Made by a program: the position numbers and the translations under genes. The notes beneath the pieces are model-generated. The model was not told the DNA's origin and did not search any database. It saw nothing but the letters and a program-made list of their open reading frames with translations. Below are positions 1-9,613 of a stretch of DNA of 64,000 nt, in pieces (the stretch's first letter is position 1; each line of letters starts with the position of its first letter). Where the stretch lies: contig CAZSTB010000004.1 of the NCBI GenBank assembly GCA_964609855.1, positions 3,740 through 67,739 on the forward strand, written 5' to 3'. The DNA comes from an uncultured Bdellovibrionales bacterium (GTDB taxonomy: Bacteria > Patescibacteriota > Minisyncoccia > Moranbacterales > GWC2-37-73).

Positions 1-158
1 CCCGGAAGTAATCTGATATAATTTACCCTCATTCTACCAGATATATGTGCTAAAACCTCATGACCATTATCAAGTTTAACTTTAAAGGTCGTACTTGGAA
101 GTGTTTCAATGATGGTTCCTTCGAGCTTTATGAGCTCTTTTTCCTGTTTTGGTGCCAT
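1..158 (-). CDS. infA: Translation initiation factor IF-1 (truncated by window edge)
   Basis: Manual translation from ATG at 158: [53 protein letters not shown], the IF-1 signature. Not in the ORF track. Confidence 0.95.
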   Translation of the reverse strand, partial: MAPKQEKELIKLEGTIIETLPSTTFKVKLDNGHEVLAHISGRMRVNYIRLLP

Positions 159-287
159 ATTTTACTTTTACTTTTACAACATAAAAATAGAGGGGGTTAC
201 ATTGTGGACACTATCCTAATTCATGCGATAAAATAGTAAAAACCTCTACCCAGGGTAAGCTATTAAGTTTTTTTAAAACGTATAACT

Positions 288-316
288 ATCTTAACAAACT
301 ATCGTTTTATTGTCAA
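288..316 (-). promoter_or_regulatory. sigma70-type promoter for infA
   Basis: TTGACA (316-311), 17-bp spacer, TGn-TAAGAT (293-288) on the - strand. Confidence 0.6.
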
Positions 317-424
317 CCCTGCCAAAAGACTCCCTCTGCAGAGAGAAGAGATTCTGTAAAAGCTTTCTTTTTTAGCCTTTTCGTTTTTAGCCACAAATAG
401 CCCGCGCTTTTATGAAATCTTGGC

Positions 425-2251
425 TTATTCCGACAATTCCTGAATTTCCACAGTTACGCGCTGAGGATACTGTGGAACACGAGTGACAAAAGAGGAATTA
501 AATTCAATATTTGCGTTTTTAATTGGGTATTTCTTCAATATAACACTCAATTCTTCATCTTTTTTCCCAAGAAGGTCCTTTTTGATCTGTTCGCTGTTCA
601 GCTTGGAAATTAACCTAATTTCAGCATAGGTTTTAAGTTCCAACGTCGCATTTTGAAAATCAGGACCAACTGTACCATATTCAATCTTAGAGATCTCCTC
701 TTTATATTCAGCAGTCTGCTTGTCATCTCTCAAATTTTGTTGCACAACCTTTTTCACATCCTTCTCTGCAAATACAAGGGCTTGCAATGTTCCACTAATT
801 GTTACATTGAAACTTCCAGCCATTGAACCTACTTTCGCAGCTACAATAGGTTTTGCGGTTATGATGTTCTGAGCCTGGGGCAGGGCGATTTCACCATCTT
901 GTAATTTATTTTTAAGAACTTCAACAGCCTCTTCCTTAAATGCAGCTGCTGCCATACTTTTTGCACTATCTATATCATCTTGAGTGACTGTTCCGCTTGC
1001 CTCCTCGCTTCCATCCGTTCCACCACTTGCTGAGGCAACTGATTTTGCGTAAAATTTATCAAATTTGGGCCCATCAGCAAATCCTGGGATTTTAAAGGTT
1101 GCAGATTCAATGTTATATTGCGAACCGGGAGCGTCAGCCACAATTTCAGCCTCTATCACTCCAGGCCTCGTTTCGCCTCCCACGGCTGTTGTTCCAGGAA
1201 TTACAATATTTTTCACTAAACGAAAAATTTTACCATCAGTGTTTTCCAACCTAGTTGTAGCAATTAAGGTTTGAGCAGAAGAACTGTACTCATTATAGAT
1301 GGCAACTTTCATTTGAGCTTTTTTGCCATTTATAATTTTTTTACCCGTCATGTTATAAGGCAAGACTAAATCTATATTTTCATTTATCATTTGCACGGGA
1401 ATATCCTGTCCGTCTACATCTTTAATATTTTTTCCATGCAAATCTAAATCGACCTTCTTTTTAACTACTTCAGGTTCAATAGAAATTTTTGCACTTGGCA
1501 CAACCAAATATGCTGCGATACCCACGATAAAAATACAGCAGACAACAATAAACGCCAAGAAGAAATTTTTAGTATTACCTGTTGAATGCAAAGTTTCGAT
1601 TTGATTTGATTCCTCGTGAGAAAAAAGTTTTTCTAAACTCTTAACTTTTCCAGGATCTAATTGCTTCTTATATAATGAACTGCTCGAAACCTGAGGCTTT
1701 TGCGGCAAGTGCGCTTGAACGGATTTACTTGCTAAAACATTTTGCTTGAGATTTATTTGAGCATTTCTTTGCTGCTGTCGAGGGGTTGTCGTGGGAGTTT
1801 TAAGTAAAGCTTTAGACTTCTTCTTAGATGCATTGGTATTCTGAACCGAGTTATGCGCATAAAATTCAGCAGAGCCAACACCGCTCAACCTTGCCTGCTT
1901 ATCTTTTTCGGAGTCAAGATTTAAATTAAACTGCAAATCATTTTCTTCTACATCACTTTCATCAAAATCCTCAACAGTCTCATTAATTTCCTCAAAATCT
2001 TCTACAGCACTACGAACCTCTATTCCGGATCTACTCGCCATGGATGATCCTAACTCATCTTGCGTAACAATAACGATGTGCTTGTTTAATTTTTCTGATT
2101 CGCGCTTTAAAATTTTTAAATTCACGATGCTTTGCAAGAAAAGCGCGCGCTTAGGCACTACAAAATAATTCTCCTTAGACATTGATTTATTCAAGCGGTC
2201 AACCACAGAAGAAATTTCTTCGTCAATGTCAATGTAAAATGTTTGGTGCAT
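425..2251 (-). CDS. Membrane-anchored protein with baseplate J-like C-terminal domain
   Basis: N-terminal cytoplasmic domain, low-complexity linker, one TM helix (FFLAFIVVCCIFIVGIAAYLVV), then a baseplate-J-like motif (ADAPGSQYNI...SGGTD). Sits next to the ftsA-like gene. Confidence 0.65.
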   Translation of the reverse strand: MHQTFYIDIDEEISSVVDRLNKSMSKENYFVVPKRALFLQSIVNLKILKRESEKLNKHIVIVTQDELGSSMASRSGIEVRSAVEDFEEINETVEDFDESDVEENDLQFNLNLDSEKDKQARLSGVGSAEFYAHNSVQNTNASKKKSKALLKTPTTTPRQQQRNAQINLKQNVLASKSVQAHLPQKPQVSSSSLYKKQLDPGKVKSLEKLFSHEESNQIETLHSTGNTKNFFLAFIVVCCIFIVGIAAYLVVPSAKISIEPEVVKKKVDLDLHGKNIKDVDGQDIPVQMINENIDLVLPYNMTGKKIINGKKAQMKVAIYNEYSSSAQTLIATTRLENTDGKIFRLVKNIVIPGTTAVGGETRPGVIEAEIVADAPGSQYNIESATFKIPGFADGPKFDKFYAKSVASASGGTDGSEEASGTVTQDDIDSAKSMAAAAFKEEAVEVLKNKLQDGEIALPQAQNIITAKPIVAAKVGSMAGSFNVTISGTLQALVFAEKDVKKVVQQNLRDDKQTAEYKEEISKIEYGTVGPDFQNATLELKTYAEIRLISKLNSEQIKKDLLGKKDEELSVILKKYPIKNANIEFNSSFVTRVPQYPQRVTVEIQELSE

Positions 2252-2331
2252 ATTATCAGGTTTTAGCTTTTAGCTTTTAGCTTTCAGGATTCCTAAAAAG
2301 CTGAGGAGCTAATGCCTAATTAAGCTGTTTA

Positions 2332-3591
2332 TTAATCTTGTATTGTTTGCAAAACTCGCCGCAATATTCCTGCCATAATTTTCTCTTCGCCAGTTACATC
2401 TAGAATCAAATTTGCCAATCCCATCGGGGTTACATCTTGGGGATTATCCAATTCTCCTGTTTGATCAATAATTCTTACAACATCACGGGGTTGAAGGTAA
2501 CTCACATTTGGTGTTTTTGCAAATGGAAGTCCTTTTGACCATTCTTTATCCGTCAAAGCTTTCTTAATTCCAGGTAGCCCGCTGCCACCGCCGCAAAGTA
2601 AAATGCGAGAAGGCAAAACGTCACTCCCGGCAAATTCAGAAAGTGAAAGCTCAACTCCACTCAGCCATACATCAGCATCTGTCTGCAAAATTTGTTCAAT
2701 CTTTGAGCTAACATCTGCCCCAAGTTTCCCTTCAGCATATTTCAATTTTAATTCTTCAGCCTCTTCCAATTCGATTCTTAATTCCTGAGCTAATTTTTTC
2801 GTAAAAGCACGTCCACCAAAAGCAAACATCTTAGTCCCCTCTAGCCCACCATTACGCACAACAGCTATATCAGTAGTCCCACCTCCAATATCTATAAATA
2901 TTGCACTAAAGTCCAAGGCATCATCATAGTCAATACTCCTCGCAACAGCATACGGTTCAGCCGCAATACTTAAAAGATCGATTCCAAGTTCGTCAGCAAT
3001 AGCTTGCAGCGCTCCCAAATGTATCATCGGCGCATAGGCGTTAAAGATGCTAACTGAAACATCCTTACCTTGAAAACCGATCGGGTTTGTTACTTGATAT
3101 CCATCAATTCTAACATCGACAATGGCAGCATTAATAAGTTTAACTTCGATATCCTGACCTGTTTCCCAAGAAATCTGCTCTTGAATTCTTTCAAAGGCTT
3201 TTAATTGCACTTTCTGAATTATCCCCTTTAGCTCAGGAAAATCAATTCTGGAATCAGGATTGCTTCTCTCATAATGCACCGTCGTTGTTGTTCCTTTTAC
3301 AAGTTCACCGGCAATGCCCACAATGGCTTTTTTCACCTTTTTAATTCCAGCGTTTTCCAAGGCTTTTCCAATGGAAATTTGACAGGTCTCAATAACACCA
3401 GCGATATCTGACACGGCTCCACTTTGCATATTACCTCTTTTTTGTCTTTCCTTTCCGGTACCTACAACAATTCCTACTTTCTGCTGTGGATCAATATAAA
3501 AAACTATAGCTTTCGCAACTTCGGTTCCGATATCCAAAGCTAAATAATATTCAGTCTTAGAGTTGGAAAAAATTTTAGAAAAAATAGACAT
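2332..3591 (-). CDS. ftsA: FtsA-like actin-fold ATPase
   Basis: LALDIGT, IDIGGGTTD and LCGGGS actin/HSP70 ATPase motifs; AEPYA segment. Confidence 0.75.
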   Translation of the reverse strand: MSIFSKIFSNSKTEYYLALDIGTEVAKAIVFYIDPQQKVGIVVGTGKERQKRGNMQSGAVSDIAGVIETCQISIGKALENAGIKKVKKAIVGIAGELVKGTTTTVHYERSNPDSRIDFPELKGIIQKVQLKAFERIQEQISWETGQDIEVKLINAAIVDVRIDGYQVTNPIGFQGKDVSVSIFNAYAPMIHLGALQAIADELGIDLLSIAAEPYAVARSIDYDDALDFSAIFIDIGGGTTDIAVVRNGGLEGTKMFAFGGRAFTKKLAQELRIELEEAEELKLKYAEGKLGADVSSKIEQILQTDADVWLSGVELSLSEFAGSDVLPSRILLCGGGSGLPGIKKALTDKEWSKGLPFAKTPNVSYLQPRDVVRIIDQTGELDNPQDVTPMGLANLILDVTGEEKIMAGILRRVLQTIQD

Positions 3592-3600
3592 ACCTTAACA

Positions 3601-3706
3601 GTTTTGAAATTTGAAATTTGAAATTTTTAAAAAAGATTCGAATGCAAAATTTAAAATATATGCATTAAAAATTCATTTTAAATTAAAAATTTTAAATTAA
3701 AAATTA
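3601..3706. repeat. AT-rich heptad-periodic intergenic element (TTTGAAA/ATTAAAA units)
   Basis: Tandem 7-mers in opposed orientation. Family members at ~8380-8410, 11279-11372, 15711-15837, 16755-16900, 52970-53091, 53906-54033 and 62322-62430. Confidence 0.7.
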
Positions 3707-3723
3707 ATAACGACATTTATGCA

Positions 3724-4731
3724 TTAATTTAACAATTTCACCTTGACCAAATTAATCTGAATATTTATTTCCTCCTTAGTCAAAAGTCCCTTTTGTCCAC
3801 CAAATTCTTTCACACTTGCGCTACTATTAACAGTGCCCCATCTTAATGCCGTCTCCATGGGTAAGCTATTCAGATGTGCAGCAAAAAAACCACTTGTAAA
3901 TGCATCTCCTGCACCAGTCGTATCAACCGCTTTTTGCATCAAAGCTTGAGCGTGAAAAATTTCTCTTCCGTCATATCCCCAAGCCCCTCTTTCCCCGTCA
4001 GTAAGTACGACAGTTTTTGCACCCAATCTGAACAGAATTTTCATTAGATATTCTTCATTTTCCAATAATTCCCTTACTACTATTTCACCTACAGCACTAA
4101 CCAATTCAATTGCTTCATCTTTATTCAAAAAAAGAATTTCGCAAGCGCCCATTGCTTCGATAATTTTATCAGCGCCGTCGTGAATGGTTTTTTGATTCGG
4201 ATTGAACGCTAAGCGGATACGCTTTTCTTGGGCTATTGTTACAATATCATGCAGAGCTTGCTTCCATTCGCCACTTAAATCTCCAATAAAAATCCAATGA
4301 GGATTTTCGATGCTTTTTTTATCGAAAATAAACTCCTTAGACGCTACATGATTGGAGAAAATTATTCGTTCACCATTTCGCGAGTCTACCAAGATGGCAG
4401 ACATATCACTTTGAAAACCTTTTTTAATCGCTAAATGCTTTATACCAACCCCTATTTTCTCAAGCTCTTTTAATATCCACTTTCCGGTCTGATCGTCGCC
4501 GATTGCGCCATAACAAGCAACCCTCTCCTCCAATTTAGAAAGTCCAGCTGCCACATTAACACTGCAACCACCTAAAGCTTCGAAGCGGTCTTCTATGTGA
4601 TATTTGGCACCCATTTCAAATGCAACTTTCTTCTGAGCCAAAATATCTTCAGGTGTTTCCATCAATAAACCCTCGCTGGTGGGGAAAAAAACATCCTGAG
4701 TTGCCGCGCCGATTGTTAAAATTTTATACAT
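3724..4731 (-). CDS. PfkB-family carbohydrate kinase
   Basis: GG..N.A..L N-terminal motif and DTTGAGDAF PfkB signature. Start placed at ATG 4731 (MYKILTIG) rather than the track start. Confidence 0.9.
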   Translation of the reverse strand: MYKILTIGAATQDVFFPTSEGLLMETPEDILAQKKVAFEMGAKYHIEDRFEALGGCSVNVAAGLSKLEERVACYGAIGDDQTGKWILKELEKIGVGIKHLAIKKGFQSDMSAILVDSRNGERIIFSNHVASKEFIFDKKSIENPHWIFIGDLSGEWKQALHDIVTIAQEKRIRLAFNPNQKTIHDGADKIIEAMGACEILFLNKDEAIELVSAVGEIVVRELLENEEYLMKILFRLGAKTVVLTDGERGAWGYDGREIFHAQALMQKAVDTTGAGDAFTSGFFAAHLNSLPMETALRWGTVNSSASVKEFGGQKGLLTKEEINIQINLVKVKLLN

Positions 4732-4818
4732 AGATGACTGGAGTTCGAGTATCGCTATTTCAATAGCTCGCACTTCTTTTTATTTTTCTTTTATTTTTGT
4801 TTTCCAATTACAGGATCT

Positions 4819-6120
4819 TTATACCTGTTTCAATTCCTGCTCAATTTTCATAAGTCGATTATATTTGCAAAGTCTTTCTCCGCGAGAAAGTGATCCTGAT
4901 TTAATAAACTCTGCAGCAGTTCCAGCAGCCAGATCAGCAATAAATTCGTCGGTAGTTTCACCGCTCCTATGTGAGATCATAATTTTTAATTGGTGCTTTT
5001 TTGCCAACCGAATACAATCAAGTGTTTCACTCAAGCTCCCGATTTGATTGACCTTGATTAGCACAGCATTGCATGCTTTTTCCTTAATCGCTCTTTCAAC
5101 TCGCTTTACATTTGTCACCAAAAGATCATCCCCAACCAACAAATTTTCATTTAAGACTTCTTTAGGAATTCCTGCTAAAATTTGCTTACCTGCAATTTTC
5201 TCTGTTAAAGAGACCCATCCTTGCCAATCCTCCTCAGTCAATCCATCTTCAATTGAAACTAAATGATATTTATCAATCCATTCTCGATACATATTAATCA
5301 ACCTTTCTTTTTCCAAATGAACTCCTTCAGGCTTCAGCACATACTGACCCTCTTCTTCATCAAAGAAATTTGTTGCAGCTGCATCCAGACCTAAATTTAC
5401 TTGGGTTCCAAGTTCATAACCGCACACCTCAATTGCTTGATTAATAAGCTCCAATGCTTGCGTATTACTCTCTAATTTCGGTGAGAAACCGCCTTCATCG
5501 CCAACACCACTGCTCTGATTCATTGTTTCAAGAATTTTCTTAAGTGCATGAAAAATTTCACTACCCGCACGAAGCTGCTCAGAAAAACCCTTAATTCCCG
5601 TTGGGATAACTTTAAATTCTTGAATACTTAGACCGCTGTCGCTGTGCATTCCGCCATTTAAAACATTAAACATCGGCACCGGGAGACTAGGAGCAACATT
5701 CAGGCCAGAAATCTCATTAATGTATTTGTATAGAGGAGTTTTTTTGGCCATAGCGGCTGCACGACATACTGCCAGTGAAACGCCAAGAATTGCGTTGGCT
5801 CCTAATTTCGATTTATTTTCCGTTCCGTCCAGTTCCAGCATTATTTCATCAATCATCAATTGCTGACTGGCATCCTTACCGAGTAAAGCGCCTTTGATCA
5901 AGGTATTCACATTTTCAACAGCTTTCAAAACACCCAATCCGCCATAGCGAGATTTATCTCCGTCTCTAAGCTCCAAAGCTTCGAACGTTCCAGTTGAAGC
6001 TCCAGAAGGAACAGCAGCCACCGCGCAAACACCGCCACTTAAAGTAATTTCAACTTCCACAGTTGGATTACCCCTTGAATCCAATATTTCTCTTGCATGA
6101 ATATTTTCTATTTTTAACAT
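4819..6120 (-). CDS. eno: Enolase
   Basis: REILDSRGNPTVE, VPSGASTG, GDEGGF, SHRSGET motifs. Confidence 0.98.
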   Translation of the reverse strand: MLKIENIHAREILDSRGNPTVEVEITLSGGVCAVAAVPSGASTGTFEALELRDGDKSRYGGLGVLKAVENVNTLIKGALLGKDASQQLMIDEIMLELDGTENKSKLGANAILGVSLAVCRAAAMAKKTPLYKYINEISGLNVAPSLPVPMFNVLNGGMHSDSGLSIQEFKVIPTGIKGFSEQLRAGSEIFHALKKILETMNQSSGVGDEGGFSPKLESNTQALELINQAIEVCGYELGTQVNLGLDAAATNFFDEEEGQYVLKPEGVHLEKERLINMYREWIDKYHLVSIEDGLTEEDWQGWVSLTEKIAGKQILAGIPKEVLNENLLVGDDLLVTNVKRVERAIKEKACNAVLIKVNQIGSLSETLDCIRLAKKHQLKIMISHRSGETTDEFIADLAAGTAAEFIKSGSLSRGERLCKYNRLMKIEQELKQV

Positions 6121-6214
6121 ATTTTTTTAAGAAATTTCTAACGGCACTCGCGCCACCAGTATTTCATTTATTTTAATTTCGCTTATTTAAATTAATACTT
6201 TATAACCATAGATC

Positions 6215-6823
6215 CTAATGAATCCGAATCCAGACAAACATCTGCTGAACTGGGTTTAGAATAATCATGACCGCCAAAAGCAACATATAGTAGACCGTCA
6301 AATATTTTAGTGTAATTAAATATTGCTGATGCGATGCTAATGTTTGTTGACAACTGTCGGCCAGGACCTTTGCGGATGCAATCAAAAATCTTAAATGTAT
6401 GACAGCAATTACAACAATTGAGAGGGAGAGGAGATAAAAAGCAGAATCGATCTGAGAACCGTAAAGAAAATAGTTTCCAAAGAAAAAAAGTGGCAAAATC
6501 CAGAACGTCTCTTTATCCCAAAAATCATTTTCTTTTTTGAAATTTTTAAAACTTGAAAAATAAAGGTACGGGATACAAAAATAATTTATGCATATACCTA
6601 TCGAAAATACAGACGCTGTAACCCAGCTATACTTTCCAAAATATGTACCCGGAGCAAACACATTCATGTTATTCAGGAGAATAAGTATCATGCCGATCAA
6701 CAGCAATGTTCTGGAAAAGAATAGTCCAACAAGTGAACGCATATCAACTTCCCTTAAATCATGCAGTGAAACGGAGCTGTTATATATTTCGATATTACCT
6801 CTCTTGAATTGAGGATTTTCCAT
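6215..6823 (-). CDS. Hypothetical multi-pass membrane protein
   Basis: 202 aa, about five hydrophobic segments, co-oriented between pgk and eno. Confidence 0.7.
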   Translation of the reverse strand: MENPQFKRGNIEIYNSSVSLHDLREVDMRSLVGLFFSRTLLLIGMILILLNNMNVFAPGTYFGKYSWVTASVFSIGICINYFCIPYLYFSSFKNFKKENDFWDKETFWILPLFFFGNYFLYGSQIDSAFYLLSLSIVVIAVIHLRFLIASAKVLADSCQQTLASHQQYLITLKYLTVYYMLLLAVMIILNPVQQMFVWIRIH

Positions 6824-6897
6824 AGTTATTTTCGAAAACTATATTTATTTATTTCCTCAATTATAACATATTTTTCGCCGAAGAAGAAATTTAAAAT

Positions 6898-7941
6898 TTA
6901 TATCCGCAGCGCCGCTATTCCCGGCATGGAATTACCGCTTAAATATTCCAGCATTGCTCCTCCCCCAGTTGAAACAAACGATATACTACTCATTAAATTA
7001 CGTTCCTCGAGTACTTGAACAGATTCTCCCCCGCCGATCAAGGTGTAATTATCACTCTCAGCAATAATATCTAAAATTTGTCTCGTTCCCTGATCATAAG
7101 GAGCTTCTTCAAATTTTCCCATTGGACCGTTCCAAACGATAACTTTTGAGGTTGAGATAATTTCCTTAAATTTCTCAATTGTTTTAGGACCTATATCTAA
7201 GCGATTTTCAGCAAAATCAACTGGCAGAATTACTTTTGAAGAAAATTGGATGTTCTGATCCAGTGCTTCATTGGCAACTTTTCCACCAACCAAAATATGC
7301 GTGTAGGTTTCCTCGAACTTCTTTATCAGTGGCAATTTTGTTTCAATTTTTGCGCCACCAATAATTGCTGTGGCAGGAAGTTGAGGCTCATGCAGGACCT
7401 TGTTTAAATTCTTAATTTCCTCTTGCAGCCAAACACCTGCAAAGCTTGGAATAAATTTGGTCACGCCGGTAACAGAGGCTTGATCGCGATGACAAACACT
7501 GAATGCATCATTTATAAAAGCATCGAAATTTTCTGCGAGACTTTTAGCAAAATCTGCTTCATTTTTTTCCTCTCCTTCATGAAAACGAACATTTTCCAAA
7601 AGCAAAACTTGACCTTCTTTTAAATTATCCAGTGCTTCTTTCACGACATTCCCAATACAATCTGCGACAAAAATTACTTCGCGCTTCAAGATTTTTTCCA
7701 GTTCCTCTTTAATCTGCTGCAATGAGAATTCCGGGTTAATTTTTCCATCCGGCCTGCCTAGATGCGAAGCGAGCGCAATCTTGGTTCCTTTTTGCGCAGC
7801 TAAAAAATCAACCGATCCTTTGCAGGCTTCCAACTTGAAACGCTCTTGAACTTTGCCGTTCAGAATTGCAACATTAAAATCAGCCCTTACCAAAACTTTC
7901 CTGCCCTCTAAATTTACGTCTTGAATTTTGCTTATATGCAT
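6898..7941 (-). CDS. pgk: Phosphoglycerate kinase
   Basis: VRADFNV, SHLGRP, LLENVRF, WNGPMG, STGGGA motifs. Start set at ATG 7941. Confidence 0.97.
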   Translation of the reverse strand: MHISKIQDVNLEGRKVLVRADFNVAILNGKVQERFKLEACKGSVDFLAAQKGTKIALASHLGRPDGKINPEFSLQQIKEELEKILKREVIFVADCIGNVVKEALDNLKEGQVLLLENVRFHEGEEKNEADFAKSLAENFDAFINDAFSVCHRDQASVTGVTKFIPSFAGVWLQEEIKNLNKVLHEPQLPATAIIGGAKIETKLPLIKKFEETYTHILVGGKVANEALDQNIQFSSKVILPVDFAENRLDIGPKTIEKFKEIISTSKVIVWNGPMGKFEEAPYDQGTRQILDIIAESDNYTLIGGGESVQVLEERNLMSSISFVSTGGGAMLEYLSGNSMPGIAALRI

Positions 7942-8066
7942 ATATACTGGCGACCCACAGCAGACCACTGATAAAAAATTTCAGCGATTTTGCGTAAATC
8001 GAATTTACAAAGATAAATTATTCTAAGCTTATTATACACCAATTGCGACATTTTTTGAATATTAAA

Positions 8067-8096
8067 AAGAATTACGTAATTAATTACGTAATTCTT
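8067..8096. repeat. Perfect 30-bp palindrome, copy 1
   Basis: AAGAATTACGTAATTAATTACGTAATTCTT equals its own reverse complement. Confidence 0.95.
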
Positions 8097-8113
8097 GAAT
8101 CGCAAAAAAGCAG

Positions 8114-8290
8114 TTATTCTTTCCAATCAGAAATGATAATCTTCTTGCGCTCAACTTTCACTGCAACTTTTTGTTTTTCGCGCCAGCCAAGTTCGCGCAT
8201 AATTTCAATAGGCAAAGTCAGCCCTAAGGATTTTGCGCCTATCTTGGTAAGCTTGCGCACATTAGAATCCTCAACTTTTCTTCGTGCCAT
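8114..8290 (-). CDS. AbrB/MazE/SpoVT-like small DNA-binding protein
   Basis: MARRKVEDSNVRKLTKIGAKSLGLTLPIEIMRELGWREKQKV..., the swapped-hairpin pattern (S..LTLP....LG). Confidence 0.8.
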   Translation of the reverse strand: MARRKVEDSNVRKLTKIGAKSLGLTLPIEIMRELGWREKQKVAVKVERKKIIISDWKE

Positions 8291-8347
8291 AATTTTTATT
8301 TTTATACTTAATGCTTCCAGTGTAACATAAATCAATACAAATTAAAA

Positions 8348-8377
8348 AAGAATTACGTAATTAATTACGTAATTCTT
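8348..8377. repeat. Perfect 30-bp palindrome, copy 2
   Basis: Identical to 8067-8096; extends to 32 bp (8347-8378). Confidence 0.95.
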
Positions 8378-8423
8378 TATTGGAAATTGAAAATTGTAAA
8401 TTGAAAATTTTCGTAATAGCGCC

Positions 8424-9524
8424 CTATTTTCCCATCCCGAAGATTGCAACAACTACACCTACAAGTGCAGTGATCATTGTAAAAATCCAGGCACGCATCG
8501 TGACTTTAGTTTCCGGCCAGCCCATCGCTTCAAAATGATGATGCAGCGGTGCTGCTAAAAAAATTTTCCGGTGAAATAATTTCTTACTTGTAAGCTGAAT
8601 GACAACACTTCCTGATTCCAGCACATAGAAAAGGGTTATGACAAATAAAATCAGGGCGGAATTCGTTAGCATAGCAACTACCCCTAAGGTTGCCCCCATA
8701 GAAACTGCACCTGTATCTCCCATAAAAAAGCGCGCGGGATAAACATTGAACCATAGAAATGCCAAGATAGCACCTGCGGCTGCAGCACAAAACGCCGCCA
8801 AATCTATTTTATTCTGTAAAAATGCGATGATTGCGAAAGAGAAAAATGACATCAAGAGCACGCCTCCATTTAAACCATCTAATCCGTCGGTTTCATTTGA
8901 AGAGACAGCGGCGTAAAGTATCACAAAAATAAAAAGCGGAATATACCAAAGTCCAATAGAAAAATCTCCGATAGCTGGAATATGCAAGCGATCCCAGCCA
9001 AGCTTGTAATAAAACCAAAGTGCTCCCGTTGTCGCAATTACGATAAGCCATCCGAAACGCATCGCAAATCTCATGCCACCGCCCTTATTCGAACCCCAGC
9101 CCCGTACGCTCATTACATCATCGAAAAGCCCTAGAATTCCAGCGGAAACCAACGCAAACAGCGGAAGCCAAACTTGTGAACGACTCAGAAAATCCAAACG
9201 CGCAAGAAATCCCATATCAAAAACACTTGCAAGAAATGGAAGCAGAAAATGTGAAGCTATTGCAAGAATTAAAATAGAAAACCAAATAATTGCGCCACCC
9301 ATAGTCGGAGTACCTGCCTTGCAAGCGTGGAGCTTGCTCACGAAATTTAATTTTCCACCACTCACATCAGTCTTTTTTATTTTGATGCCAATTTTATATT
9401 TATACAAAATATGACTCCAAAGTGGCGTTATCAAAAAAGCTAAAGCAAAAGCAGACAGACCGGTCAGTAAAACTTTAAGGACGTTTACGACTTCGGGAAT
9501 TGTTTGAATTTGAGCGAATTGCAT
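8424..9524 (-). CDS. mraY: Phospho-N-acetylmuramoyl-pentapeptide transferase
   Basis: GTPTMGG, NETDGLDGL, FMGDTG, APLHHHFE motifs. Confidence 0.96.
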   Translation of the reverse strand: MQFAQIQTIPEVVNVLKVLLTGLSAFALAFLITPLWSHILYKYKIGIKIKKTDVSGGKLNFVSKLHACKAGTPTMGGAIIWFSILILAIASHFLLPFLASVFDMGFLARLDFLSRSQVWLPLFALVSAGILGLFDDVMSVRGWGSNKGGGMRFAMRFGWLIVIATTGALWFYYKLGWDRLHIPAIGDFSIGLWYIPLFIFVILYAAVSSNETDGLDGLNGGVLLMSFFSFAIIAFLQNKIDLAAFCAAAAGAILAFLWFNVYPARFFMGDTGAVSMGATLGVVAMLTNSALILFVITLFYVLESGSVVIQLTSKKLFHRKIFLAAPLHHHFEAMGWPETKVTMRAWIFTMITALVGVVVAIFGMGK

Positions 9525-9613
9525 AAGGTAATATTGGTTTATTAATTTTAAATTTAAGTCCGCAATCCCGCAATCTTTCTTAATAGGGGGTGGCTGCTAT
9601 TCGGGTTTGAATA

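Noticed and set aside
425-2251. Prophage suggested by the baseplate-J-like domain
   Set aside because: No other phage genes, a TM anchor, and a housekeeping context.
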